Shown: positions 28,721-45,068, counted from the first letter of the stretch. The stretch is DNA of 64,000 nucleotides from the human T2T-CHM13v2.0 reference genome, Homo sapiens (GCF_009914755.1 NC_060936.1), one strand, 5' to 3'. Numbers and translations are program-made. Notes: generated from the letters alone by a model not told the origin.

Positions 28721-29782
28721 GATGCCTGATGAGTTCCAGGGAGCAATCAGATTAACCACATCTGCTCCTATGGGGAGGAGAAAGCAGAAGATGGAGAGGT
28801 TAAGACTCACTCCATAATACATTTATGAGAGATCAAAAGAATTGGCAAAATTTTCTTTCTCTGTAATCTAAAGGTGAGTAGAAAATTAAGGGAGTTCTCT
28901 GAATAAATTAAGACCATTACCTCATTACAAATATGCACACACACTTGCAAAAGTAGACCCACTTTTCATGGACAAATGCCAAGAAAAGAACAAGGTTAGA
29001 GAGGAAAAGGCTTCCTTTTACAGCTATATCTTCCCGTAAAACATTGTGGAGGGTGTATGTGTGTATGTGAAAGAGAGAGGGAGAGAGAGTAATGGAGTGG
29101 TGGTACTATTTTATTCAGAGAACGTTCTTAACTTTCTATGTACTTTTACATGTATCAACACAATCTAACCCTACTGAGCTCCTATTATAAAAATTAATCA
29201 CCAAGGTTAGGGCACAGTTTGTTCCTGTGAAAGGACATTCCCAAAGAACAGATGTGGGGAGGACAGCCTTTCCTCTGGGTCCTATCACTAAGTTAATGGT
29301 CAGAATTCATGCTGTGGAGTGAACAGCCCATCACAGTCTGAGACATTACCATGGAGGATGAGCTTTAGGGAACAATGGGATAAAGACAGACCAGACAGGA
29401 CAGGCCGTCCAGAACACTGCCCAGAAAAATTCCCACCACCTCTGCCAGCTCCTAAACTGCCCGTGTAGGGAGATTTCTGCTGTTACACCATCAGCTGGTT
29501 TATCTTGTCTGCATGGCATGTTGAGAGAAGGCTGTTTGGGGGCCAGCTAAGTCAGTTTCTCTAGCTGCTGAAATAGCTTTCATAAAAATAGAGTTACAAA
29601 ACTAATGTTAAAGCTTGGGCTGTATACTGTCTTTTTAAGAAAAATAATGGTTATTATAAACAAGGAACAGTAAAGGTTTCTGGGAGAAAATATAATAGAA
29701 AAGTTGTCCTGGCACCCTTTGGAGAAGGTAATGGGACTCTCTCATGACCTTTGTTTCAGAATTGCTTTGTAATTCTGGTAAG

Positions 29783-29851
29783 ATAGACACTAAATTGTCA
29801 TTTCTGGACTGTATAGACACACTAAATTGTCATTACTGGAAGTATATACAC
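29783..29851. repeat. ~31-bp imperfect tandem duplication
   Basis: atagacac(ac)taaattgtcatt(t/a)ctgga... twice, plus a partial third start. Confidence 0.85.
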
Positions 29852-31189
29852 AAACATGCAAAAATGGACCCATTTTAAAATAAGCAAATACAAGGGCCAA
29901 AATGTTCGATTACAGGTTCATGATGGATTTTTATTTTTTTAATTATACAAATGCTTATATTTTTCTAACAACAATTTCATTCGAAGAAAAGTCAGTTGAT
30001 AAATTTTAAGGTTGTATTTATTACTCCTATTGGTTTTTGAAAAGTGTTCATTCAATCTAGGTGTTTTTAGAGTATCAGCTTTTGAACTCAGGGTTCTCAA
30101 TCTTGAAAGCATAATGGTAAAAGTCCTGCTTTCATTTATTTAAGTGTTCTCAGAGACTACAATTGCCAATATAAATTTGAAAAAACAAAATTTACAGTAC
30201 CATCGCTTTTTGGTAACAAATACTATATGCAAATCCACTTGTAAAACTATCTTACAAGTATTTTCTTAACAATGTTCTGCAACTAGTAGTTATGTTTTGA
30301 GGTGCCCAGCAAAGGAAAACGAATCCATCCACTTTGTGCCAGTCAGTAACAACCACAACAGAGCAGCTGATGTTGTTAACAATGCCCCTATTAGCTAAGG
30401 ATCAGAAATGTTGTGACATTAGTTTCTGGGATCATGTCAGGATTGAATTAGACTGACTCATCTCAGGTCCTGGTGCTCTCTTAATTCTTTGGTCAGCAGG
30501 AATTAGTCCTACCAAGCTTTATCTTGGTCATACCGAACATTGTCCTCAAGCATAAGTTAAGTAGCCCTGCTATAGGATCACATTTGTCAGAAGTTTTCTC
30601 CTCTGTGCTTGGCTAAATTCCCACTGTCCATTTGCAAAAGGAGTGGTTTATGCAATTTGATTACTTTTAAGAGCTGTCTCACCTCCAAATGCCTGCTCAA
30701 GGGAACTCAGTGACACCAACTAAGAGGCATGTGAGTGTTAAGGTTTAGAGTTGCCCGTGTTTGCTTTCTGATACAGGAATGCCGGAAGAAGCTGAGTGCT
30801 GGATGAAGGTGAAAGAGATTATCAGTACCAGAGAGCCAGCTCTTCCCTTCTTCCCCGGAAATTGAGTTGTCAGCAGCCAGTTCAAAGCAGACATGTGAGA
30901 AAATCACCATGTCTTTTTATTTTAATGGAAATAACTTAAATAGTTGTCTTGCAGGAAACATGTTTTAAAAATTGATCTTTCTGGGGTTGAGGGAAGCTGG
31001 CTATGAGCAGGGGGTCAGCCGACTTATTACTTATTACCTATTACAGTAGAGTGCTTAATAACTTTTCCTTATCTCCCCTCAAGGGGAATATTCATTAGTA
31101 GATCAGAAGATAGTGTTACTAACTTATAGCATATCCATAATCTATAGCATATATAGAGGCCAAATTTTACCTCTGATTTATCCAATTGC

Positions 31190-31342
31190 TTAATGGTTTT
31201 AAACCAGATTCACATGGAACCCTTTTTAAAAGCACATTGCCTCTCCATCCCAGGAGGTTGAGATTCTTTAAGTTTGGCGAGGAATCTGTATTTTAACAAG
31301 TGTATTGATAATTTCAAAGTATGCCAAAGTTTGAAACCCGCT
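31190..31342. mobile_element. MER5-like hAT MITE
   Basis: gagattct...ggaatctgtattttaacaag...caaagtttgaaaccc. Confidence 0.5.
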
Positions 31343-32379
31343 TAGGTTAGGGACAGGTCAATATGAGAGAAAATAGTCATCTTGATTTACTCTAATAGCT
31401 TTATCATTTAGATTAAAACATACACCCAATCCGTTAATAAAAATGTTAAAATCAAGGTTTTTTAAACTCTAGGTAAACATTGCGTGAATCCTTTAGTGCT
31501 TCAATTTAGCTAAACCATAAAGTAAGTAGAAACTATGAAGATTCCTGTCTGCAAAGATGGTAAAATGCTAGTTCAAACGTCATGCCTCTGGGAAAACTCC
31601 TTGTAAATCTCATCGTCCTTTGTGGAACTCAAGTCTTCTTTTTGGTTCCTGGCTAGTAGCAAATTGTATTTACATGTTTTATCCGTGGCCACACCAATTG
31701 TGAACTTCTTGCGGGACAGACATGTTTCTATCTCCTCCCTCCTTCAACAAAGCATCACGCACACAGTAAACCCGAATAATGTGTGCTGATTTTCACTCTG
31801 TTATAGGTTTCCTAAAGTGATTTACCACTTATTTTAGAAAATTATGGACACACACAGAAGATTTAGATGAAATTACTGTAACATTTTAAATATTTGTTTG
31901 AATTTGGAAGTACATTAAACTCTTTAAGAAAAGATGTTTCCTAATCTCCAGTTATTTCTCTCAGGAAAGAAAAACACAGTAATTTGCCTAAAAGCTTACC
32001 CTTAATTTAGGTGTTGATTTAGCGTCTCCTCTAAATACAATCCCCCTTCTCTGCTGTGTAACTGTTTTTAAAAGGATTGGCAATGGATGAATAAACAACT
32101 CCTTTAACAAACATTTGAAGACCCCATCCAAACACATACACACACACAACATAAAATCTCTTTCCACATCAATTTAGTGAGCCCTTAATTTTGCTTTCTA
32201 AGCACACAATATTATAAACCACAAAACACACACAACCAGTTTAACTCCTGCTGAAATGACATGAGAAGATTCTACTGAAATGCTTAGGGAAACTGGTAAT
32301 TGTGTGCTGAATTTACTATAGGCTACACCACTAGAAGAGCTATAAGTAGCAACAGTAGCAAATGTTGAGCAGTCACTTT

Positions 32380-32600
32380 CCTCAACTTGTCCCTGTCCTT
32401 AGGGAGCTCACAGTATGTGGCGAAGACAGATACATGAACCATTAATTACCATGTAAGGCAAAAAAAATGGCACATGGAAGAAGATGCAGCTGTGTTCTGG
32501 GAACAAGGCAAAAAGAACTGCCTGCGGTCACGTTTGACAGACTAGAAAACATTTGATCTGCCTTGAAGGATGCATAGGAGTAGGAGTTCACTCAAAGATA
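32380..32600 (-). mobile_element. L2 fragment
   Basis: gtccctgtccttagggagctcacagt...gacaga...catttgatctgccttgaaggatg. Confidence 0.5.
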
Positions 32601-34499
32601 TTCCACTAAGAATAGGCATTATGTTCATCCAGCTTGCTTTTCAGGTAGTTCAGGTTAAAACAGGCTCTAAAAAAAGTTTAACAAGAAAATATATGAACTG
32701 AGGAAGGATTAGATGCAAACAGCCCAGCCAGTACATTTAGACCACATAAAATCCAGTTATGCTCATGAAAATGCAGGCAGCAGGATGTCCAATTTAATAG
32801 GAGAGGAAGAAAAGGAAGGGCACATAAAATAGAAAGGATTTATTCATTTTCCCCAATAAAGGCTAAGCACTTTCGTAGGTTCTTTTTAATTCATGAACTT
32901 TCCAATTCATATTCCAGGTACTAATCCTGCTGTTCTAAAATAGCTGTTGTGGATAACGGGATTTTATGTAGGCCACATGACCTTAATTTTTATTTCTGCC
33001 TCACTCAGCTCAATGTCTACTCAAATTTGTTGGTCATAAACCAGGTATTTAATTAGATTACTTAGCGACACCTAGTGACCGAGATCGGAACCAAGTGCTA
33101 TTTTAATACAGTGGAGTGTGTGCCTCTGTTATTGTCATGCTTTAGCCCAAGACAGCCCTCATTATTCCAAGTTCTCTTTTCAACCCATTTCATCCCAATG
33201 ATACTAAAGCAAACCCATGCCCAGTTTGGCCTGAAAAACAACTAATTAGAGAGAGGAAGTGAGAAAGAGAAGAACAAGGGAGAGAGGGAAGGAGGTGATT
33301 GAGGGAATAGGTTGGAATCACAGAAGAGACAAGATCAGCAATGAAGGCTTCTATTTTTATGTATTTATTTGGCTGTGTTCATATCAAGAAATGGAAAGAA
33401 AGGTAAGACCACCTTGAAGCAGAGAAGGAATGAGAACCAGGGGCAGTCCAAACAAAGGCTCAATTCATATTTTGTTTCTCTCTTTTCCACTTGTATTTGA
33501 AAGGGCAGAATAAACATGTTTTGATGATTTTGAAATCCAAGATAGATCCAAATTTAAATGTTTTTAAACAAAAGATAGTTCTCATTGTCATAAATTATAA
33601 AATGCCTTTCTCACTTTGCAATTCCTGTTCTTTCATCCCTGTCTATGCATCTTTTTATATCAATTTGTTTTTCCCACTAAATGGATCTATTCGGATGGAG
33701 TCATTACTGAGTTGGCATTGCTCTAAAAATAAGCTGATGATTTGCTATCTGCAGTACGTGCTGTCAAAAAAAAAATCAACCAAAGTAACAAAGCAAAATA
33801 AACATAGTAATTAACACGTTAAATTAAAAATCAAAATATAACAAAAATACTAGAAGACAATGTGAGTCACGTGACAATTTTAAATGAGTTGAAGGTGCTG
33901 ATTCTAGGCAAATTCCAACCAAGGGTTCAGAGGGAATCACAAAAGAAAGTGCTGTTATACATTTTTGAGAAAATACAGAGAACATGAACAACGCTAAAGG
34001 ACTGAATTCTAAAACAGATTTTTAAGAATGCAGACAAGTGAGCCCTCAACTGTAAACATGACGCTGGCACAGCCAATTAAGCAGCGGTCTTTCCCTGCTG
34101 TGGTCCAGCCCCTTTGCCAACAGTGGGGTTCACACCCTACAAGTTGAGACCCTTGCAGGCTCCGGGTCCACTGAAACTAACTGAAACATAAGGAGTGACT
34201 TGCTCCTTGGAGTTGGAATCCACAGATGATGTTATACAGACTAGCCCTGATTCTGAGGCCAGAGGTCCCAGTGGGCTCCACTGCTCCAGGGTGCAGACAT
34301 GGCACTGGACCATCATTCTCCCTATTTTTCTCCCCTACCCAGTTAGCCATTATGTTTTATTGTATTTGTACAGACATTTATATAGATTTCTACCATCCCA
34401 TTGCATTGTAATAATATATTGTCATGTCTGTTTTTCTTCTGTTAAACTATGACTTTCATGGGTGGAGTCACGCTGTGTAGTCTTTGACTACTAGCCCAT

Positions 34500-34830
34500 C
34501 CTATTTAATTGTTAATTAAATGTTAACTGAGCATCTAGTATGCACTGTGCACTGAAGTGGGCTTTGGGGATACAATGAAGAAGATGTATGTCCTGGCCTC
34601 AAACTACTTAAAATCTGGTGGAAAATACAAGGAAGACTTTACTTCATTTTGGTATGTTTTAGTAAGTGCTAAGATGGGGGTAAGCACAGAGTTCTGGGAG
34701 CACAGAGTAATGCCACTGGATTTACAGTTTGTGAACGAGTGTGGGAAGGCTTCCTGGAGGAGGAGGGGCTGAGGAAGGAGCATGGGAAGGGCATTCTGGG
34801 TAGCACAAAGCCTCAAAGACATAAACTAGC
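34500..34830 (-). mobile_element. L2 3' fragment
   Basis: ttaactgagcatctagtatgc...ggggataca...ggaaggcttcctggaggagg. Confidence 0.6.
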
Positions 34831-34949
34831 ACAACATACGCTCTCACATGAGATCTAGTTGTCTGCCTGTCACTGGTCACTTCCCCTACAAGCCCATTAT
34901 CCACATTGTCCCCAGAGTGGTCTTATCAACATGCAGATATGCAATATAA

Positions 34950-35320
<371 letters not shown>

Positions 35321-35769
35321 AAAAATCCAGCTTCTTAACATAACCTGTAAATCCCATCTCACCTCACTGAGCCCAGGTGCCTACTGTGGTGCAGTGCGGT
35401 ACATTGTGCAAAATATTTTTGGATGAACAAATGAAAGTTGACTAAATGGCTCATGAGTTGTAGACAGGATGAAAATAGCAAGAATACAAGAAGATTATTC
35501 CATTTCTATAGGCCATAATCCTCCCACATACCATCCTCACAGGGCTTTATCAGGTGGCCAAAAAACATCAGGGTAACAAACGGTCAAAACATTATTAATG
35601 ATAAAAGTACACTTTAGGCTATTTCTTTCTCTGCAGCTCACTTTAGTCTGGAAATGGCTTTGAGTATCTGAAATGTTATTCGTACTTTATACTTTTGTTT
35701 AAGCTTCCATTTCTTCAGTACTTACTGCACACCATAATATCCCAGGCGTTTTTCCTGCATTTATCTTAG

Positions 35770-35940
35770 TAAAAATCCATAAACTAGAAATGAAGGAGGT
35801 GCTATGGAAACCTCATTTTTCCAGAGAAAGAGATGAGCATTTAGAGGTTAAGGGACTGCAGAATGTCACAGTCGATAATTGGTAGAGCAGAAATTTGAAT
35901 CCAGGACTGTCTAACTGTAGCATCCATGTTCTTAAATATT
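35770..35940 (-). mobile_element. MIR fragment
   Basis: cctcatttttccaga...agaggttaag...gtcacag...agagcagaaatttgaatccagg. Confidence 0.55.
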
Positions 35941-36447
35941 CAATGTGCCGGATGGATCAGCTTGATCTAAGCCCCACGTGGATCAGGAGAAAGGGGACAC
36001 TAAGGCTGTATAGTTATGACATGAGGACTTGCCCCCAAAGGAGCAGCAACCAGAATTCTAATCTCTACTGTTGCAAGCTCAGGCTCCATGCAAACCAGCA
36101 TCAGTATCTATATGCAGGAGAATCCAATCCAGCAGCTGGGATGCAGAATTGGAGGCAATTCAAATATAAGCGGTCTTCAAGGTCATACTATTCCTTGGGT
36201 CACGGTTTCAAAGGACATAGCTATGTGAAGTTGTGTCACCACAGTGAACTGGGACGATGAAACCCAAGGTTTGAGACACAGAGGAAGGGGCAAGGAGTAG
36301 ACAGGGAACCAGCACCACCTTCCCCACACATCATCAAGCCAACTTGGAATTCAAGGAACTGCAATAGACAGTCAGTAGGAGAGTCCAGTTCACATAGACA
36401 CCAAGTACACAGGGGCTGGTAGAAAGCTGATTTAGTGGGTACCTTGG

Positions 36448-36815
36448 TGCCGTCATTTGAATTTATCCCCCAAAATTCATATGGTAAAACTTAATCATCA
36501 ATGTGCTTATATGAAAAGGTCGGGGGGTGGATTAGTCATGAAAATAGAGCCCTCATGAATGGGATTGAGGGCTTTATTAAGAAAGATTTGAGGGAGCTAT
36601 CTCTTCTGTTTTGCCTTCCACTTTCCAACATGTAAAGACTCACTGTTCAAGGTGCCATCTTAGAAGCAGAGACTAGGCCTTCAACAGACAACAAGCTTGC
36701 CAGTGCCTCTATTTTAGACTGTCCAGCCTCCAGAACTGTGAGAAATAAATGCCTACTATTTATAAATTATCCAATTTCTGGTATTCTCTTACAGTGGCAC
36801 AAGAAGACTAAGACA
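36448..36815 (+). mobile_element. MST(C/D)-like MaLR solo LTR
   Basis: cccccaaaattcatatg...gccctcatgaatgggatt...caaggtgccatcttagaagcagaga...ccagcctccagaactgtgagaaataaa...gactaagaca. Confidence 0.78.
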
Positions 36816-37400
36816 TGAGGTGAGCCAAAGTGGTTCCAAGACACCAAAATACCAAAAGCTTATGGCAGCAAAACTAATACTAACTTCCACCTGTTGAAGT
36901 GTGGCATCTACTGGTTTCCCTATCCTACTAACGTAGTCCAGAAGGATGGGATAGGGCTGAGTCAGGTTAAAGTGAAGGATTCAGCCTCTATGGCTGAGAA
37001 GGGCTAAGAAAGGCAGAGAATGACAGTGAACATTCTTGGTGTTTAGCCAGGATCTCCCCCCAAAAAAACCCATGAAACATGACGGTGAGGTTTCAGGTGG
37101 GTGTGGGAGATATTTTGGGGAGAAGAGAACTATTCTATGGTGTCCTTAAATAATATCTGTGTAAAAGGTCCTTATTTTTGGAAGACCCTCTGTTACTTGT
37201 ATTTTCAACAAATGGGTCCGAAACCCTGCCATATCAACATCATATTGCACCATAGCCAGATGCTACAAACTATGGACTTTTTTTTCACTTTTATGAGCAA
37301 ATGTCACAATTACTTTTTTTTAAAAAAAAAAGCAAGAATAATTTTCATTCCTTGGAAAAATTTGTAAAAATGTTATCAAGATGAAAAGATTCAGAACACA

Positions 37401-37406
37401 TTTATT
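37401..37406 (-). promoter_or_regulatory. candidate polyadenylation signal AATAAA (minus strand)
   Basis: Upstream TGTA motifs (37420-37423 and 37454-37457 on minus) and downstream GT/T-rich sequence; no transcript evidence. Confidence 0.35.
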
Positions 37407-38293
37407 TGTATGCAGCACATACACTGAGGACCAAAGCATTTGCTAAAATGAAATACACCTGTAAACAAATGTCTTAGGGAGAGTTTATAGGTGGTCAACT
37501 CCACTGTGCAAGGTATGCAGCTCATACCCTCTTTCTGAATAGACTTCTGTGATAACTAAAAAGGTCCAATTTTATCTCAAAAGATGTTAATACATTTTTA
37601 AAAGGCTTGAAATGGGCCAAATTATAATTACATATATTAAAATAGCACAAGAATTAATTGGCTTCACAAAAATACTAATGGAAAAAAAAATCTTAGGCCC
37701 ATCTATTAAGAGAAGAAATGTTTGACTCCTGACTTGAAATGGGGGACATAGATATTTTGGTATAAGCTTTAAAAGATGACATATTAATTTCTGGTTCTAC
37801 AAAAAGACTGACGTTAACACCCATCCTATTCTGTTCTACAGAATGCTTTGGTACAACTTCAATAAATCCTTATATACTTTAATTTGAGCCATAAATCTAT
37901 GTTGCTGCATTTTGCTTTTTAAAAGAGTGAAGTCTAGGGTAAAAGCCAACCCTTCAACTCTTACACCATGTATTCACAATTATGTCTTCTGAAACCATGC
38001 AAGTTACCAGCACCAATGATTGACATTAAAATTATTCTTATATTTGAGCAGCAAATTATAAAAAAAAGATGCTATGCAATTTATGATTAGCACAATTGCT
38101 AAAATTTAAAGTAGCTCAATTGCTTTAAGATATAAAATTCAAGTTCTCCCCATATTTATATATCTAATAAATACTTTCTTTAGCTTCTGAGAGAGAGAAT
38201 CCTCTGTCAAAGAAGAACATACTGCAGTTTTCCTTGTGAAAAATTAGTTTGAATGTAAGTTCTCAGCTTAAAAAACATTAAATTTTAATAAAT

Positions 38294-38740
38294 CACGGAA
38301 TTTTAAAGTCAGAAAGGACCCTGGAGATCACTTAGTCCAACTTTTTTCTTTCTTTTTTTTTTTTTTTTGGAGGCGGAGTCTCGCGGTGTCCCAGGCTGGA
38401 GTGCAATGGCCAATCTCTGCTCACCGCAATCTCCACCTCCTGGGTTCACACCATTCTCCTGCCTCAGCCTCCCGAGTAGCTGGGACTACAGGCACCCACC
38501 ACCACGCCTGGCTAATTTTTTGTATTTTTAGTGGAGACGGGGTTTCAATGTGTTAGCCAGGATGGTCTCGATCTCCTGACCTCGTGATCCGCCCGCCTCC
38601 ACCTCCCAAAGTGCTGGGATTACAGGTGTGAGCCACCACACCCCGCCAGTCCAACCTATTCTTTTCGGACGGGACGAATGAGGCCAATAAAGGGGAAATG
38701 ACTTGTCTAAGGTCACACAGTAACAGAGGCTAGACCCTAG
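38294..38740 (-). mobile_element. MIR3/MIRc fragment split by AluY
   Basis: agaaaggaccctggagatcacttagtccaac | gaggcc...aaatgacttgtctaaggtcacacag. Confidence 0.65.
38342..38647 (-). mobile_element. AluY
   Basis: Y diagnostics; TSD core agtccaac at 38334-38341 and 38648-38655. Confidence 0.94.
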
Positions 38741-39691
38741 CAATCTCATCAGCAAGATATCTTGCAAGCTATGTTTCCAAACTTTTCTGGTTTTATTTGC
38801 TCTCATTCATTAAATTCAAAAACATCAGGCACACAGCAATATGATAAACATAGACTTTTACTTCAATTTTCAAGTCAGAACATTAAAACGATTCCTGAGA
38901 GTTTAACTACCTGCATTTTATTGAGAATGCAGTCAAGAGTAAATTATGACTAGCTATTGTGATTATCCTCAAGTACACACATAAATTACCTTAATGTATT
39001 ATACTGGGTGGCATAAATTTTGCATTTCAGGTATGTATACTGTGGCGGCTTTTATTTATATTATGCTTGCCTGTAAAGTATTATAAGCATATCACAAATT
39101 TGACCTTTAATTCCATATCTCATGTATTAATTAAAAATAATCAGGTAATTAGATACCAAGTAAATAAAATTTTAACTCAAAATGAATTTGTATCCTTTAC
39201 TTTTCTGAATACTCCAGAACAGAGATATCATTCATTCTTGTTTCTTCCAGATATGCATACTACCTGCATCTAGGACATATTATAAACTTGTAAACCATAT
39301 TTGAGGGTACAAGGACAAAAATCAGATGCATGTTCGTACTTAACAGTCCTACCTTCAACTGCTGCCTTTTCTTAATACTGAACAAATAGTAACATTTTTA
39401 TTAATTTTTTTTGGTCAAAAGGTTAATATTTTCAAATTGTGTAATACAATTAAATATTAAAATAAAAACATACATTACATTATATAGAGATTTAATAGCA
39501 ACCTTTAAATCCTCTTACCAGCAAAAGATAATATGTTTTATTTCCTGAGAATGGAATCTGACCTGTGCTGTCTTTTACCATGGAGTTATTTTGAATGAAA
39601 ACTTGCTTGGTTGAATGACAATATACAGTTGAAATATTTTGTCACCATCAATGTTAGAAATAGCCATAAAATTTATCAAATCAGTATATAA

Positions 39692-40180
<489 letters not shown>

Positions 40181-41421
40181 AATCTGGGAAATAAGATAAA
40201 GGCTTAAAAATTCATGGGATTTCTTCGAAATTATTTATTAGATATTTATTGTCTACAGTTTAAATAAAAATCAAGGACGGCTTTAAGAAGTCTCATAATC
40301 CTGAAAATAAGTCAACACAGAATGACCTTTTTATGAAAAAGAAAAGGGGAGATTTTAAAATATCAAAATAATTCAGGTAAAATATATCTTGAGGTAATTC
40401 AAATAATGTGTATATTACCTGGTATTTTGAGATTATATATATTTACCTAAACTGAGATTATATATATATTTACCTGAATTCTTCTGAAACTTGATACAGA
40501 TAGATATGTGTGTATGTTTGTATGTATGTACAGATGTACTAGAAGCTGCAGGGAAAGAGGAGGAGTTAGAGAAGAAGTAAAAGAAACCATGAAAGAGACT
40601 ATAAATATTTAAATAGGTCTGAGGGATAAGATTTCATCATTTTAGATTAGAAAAACAACCAAAAAAGTTCCTGATATATGTTGAAGAAAACCCAGGATGG
40701 ATTGTTTGTTAACTATGGCACATGCAAGATATTGGCATCAATATCATGTCCACGCATGGTATCAAGATCAATATACACGTTCCTTGTTGCTGCAAGAACA
40801 GCCTGTTAGGGTCAGGTGGATTTAATATGGATTCATTCTCCCTGCAATGAATCAGAACCACTGGTGTGGCTCTAAAAAGATAGAAACCCTGAAGGGTTTA
40901 CCCTTCTAAGATTCTGATGCCATAAGTCTGAAATGAGAGTTGGGCATCTGAATTGTTCTTAATGCTAGAGGAGATTGCCATGCACAGCTGGTTTCGAGTA
41001 CAATTTCCTTACCCCTTAAGATGCAAACAGCAAATTATTCTTAGTCATTAGATCAGTAGACCTATAAATTTATCTTTAAATTATTAGTCCTTGCTGTGTT
41101 CTCCCATTTTGTTCAGCTCTGCTCTTAGATGAAAGGATGTTATTTTCTCCAAGGTTCCAATAAACCATCATTTCACACACAAGGAAAACACATTTATAAG
41201 ATCTAATTGTAGTCTTTTTTTTTCCCCAAAAGACTTGAAATAGAGGAGAGGAAGTTAGTCTATTGGGGTTTGCAAAGGGGCCTGGCAGAGGACACAAATA
41301 GAAGGGAGAAGGATAATGCCAATTCAGAAAACCCTGGTGGAACACTTATATCTTTTGTCATGTGAATCTTTCTACAGATTTGAGGTAGAATATCATCAGC
41401 TAGTCAGGTCCAGTACAGTGG

Positions 41422-41549
41422 AGGGTGGTCATGAATTCCAGCATGCCTGGGAGAGTGCTGGTTTGTGACTACTCTCCCAGTATCATTAATAATGTCTTTC
41501 ACTCTTTAAAGTATCCTGGTCTTTAGACAATAGATTATATGGTCACCGT
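41422..41549 (-). mobile_element. MER94 hAT-Blackjack MITE
   Basis: TIR-like ends agggtggtcat...atatggtcaccgt; internal attaataat...tttcactc. Confidence 0.7.
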
Positions 41550-41562
41550 AAAGAGTGTTTTG

Positions 41563-41871
41563 GACTGGGTGCAGTGGCTCACGCCTGTAATTCCACAACT
41601 TTGGGAGGCTGAGGCAGGCGGATCACCTGAGGTCAGGAGTTCAACATCAGCCTGGACAACATAGTGAAACCCCGTCTCTACTAAAGATATGAAAATTAGC
41701 TGGTCTTGGTGGTGTGTGCCTGTAGTCTCAGCTACTCAGGAGGCTGAGGCAGGAGAATCGCTTGAACCCAGGGGGCGGAGGTTGGAGTGAGATGAGATCC
41801 CACCACTTCACTCTAGTCTAGTCAACAGAACGAGACTCCACCTCAAAAACAACAACAACAACAACAACAAA
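41563..41871 (+). mobile_element. AluSx-like with (CAA)n tail
   Basis: Full dimer; degenerate TSD aaag..tgttttgga. Confidence 0.94.
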
Positions 41872-41879
41872 GGCTGTTT

Positions 41880-42320
41880 TGGAGATCAGATTATAAATAT
41901 AAATTTGGCAAGTTTCTTAATCTTACTGAGCCTTTGTACCTTCAATTGTGAATTGTTAATGTTATCTCGAAGGTTGTTGTAAGGGTTAAATTAAATGATC
42001 AAGGTGAAGTGCCTGGTCGTGAGTCTAGCTCCCTGTGAAGGCTCAGCCATCAGTAGTAGTTAATACCTGGATGGATAGTTCAGGCTTGCAAGCCAGTCTA
42101 CCTGGATACAAATGAAGATACTATCTATCACTTCTTAGCAGTGTGACTTGGAACAATTTTCTTATTTTCTCTAGGCTATTCCTCAGCTTCTTCTCTGTGA
42201 AATGGATATGAGGGGAGTCCTTGTATACAGTGTGTGTTATAAGGATTAAATAAAGCAGAATATACATAGGACTTCGAATAATACCTGGCACATAATAAAT
42301 ACTCAATAAGAGTAATATAT
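41880..42320 (+). mobile_element. two adjacent MIR fragments
   Basis: ttggcaagtttcttaatct...gagcct and cttagcagtgtgacttgg...cctcagcttcttctctgtgaaatgg...cctggcacataataaatactcaata. Confidence 0.65.
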
Positions 42321-42868
42321 TATGATTAATCCAATAAACTTAGATTTTTAAAATAGTTTTATTAGTGGACAAAAGACTAGTGGACAATCTACTGTGTACA
42401 AAATGACATCTGACTTCATATGAAGGTGTTTCTGTGGTATAAAAATATTGACAGTAAAACAGACTCACAATATGTTGGCTTCTATTTTGACCTTTGCCAT
42501 TTTGCCATTCTATTATTTCACTTTCATGAATTATAGTTATTTTTGCTCTCTTTTTTGTTTTGGTATGAGTGGTCAGAACCTGTTCTAGTTTGTTCTGTTG
42601 CTGTCATTGTCTTAACTTCCATTCTGAGCAGGTAGGACCACAAAATTAGACTGGGGCATGACCTTCGGACTGCCTTCCTGATGAGATGAGGGGTTGGGGA
42701 AGAACCGAAAGAGCATGGACCATGTGTTAAAACAAGACAACTTGCTCAGAAGTTAACAAATAGGAAAACATTTGTTTCAACTGCAGATTCCAGTCTAAAG
42801 GAGCTAGAAGGTAGCAATGTAAGTACCAGGCTTGGGGTGGTAGGGAGGAGGGAGAAGGAGGCTGGTAA

Positions 42869-45068
<2,200 letters not shown>

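Noticed and set aside
28850-28880. Strong splice-donor match AAG|GTGAGT
   Set aside because: Isolated consensus with no supportable partner acceptor or exon chain from sequence alone.
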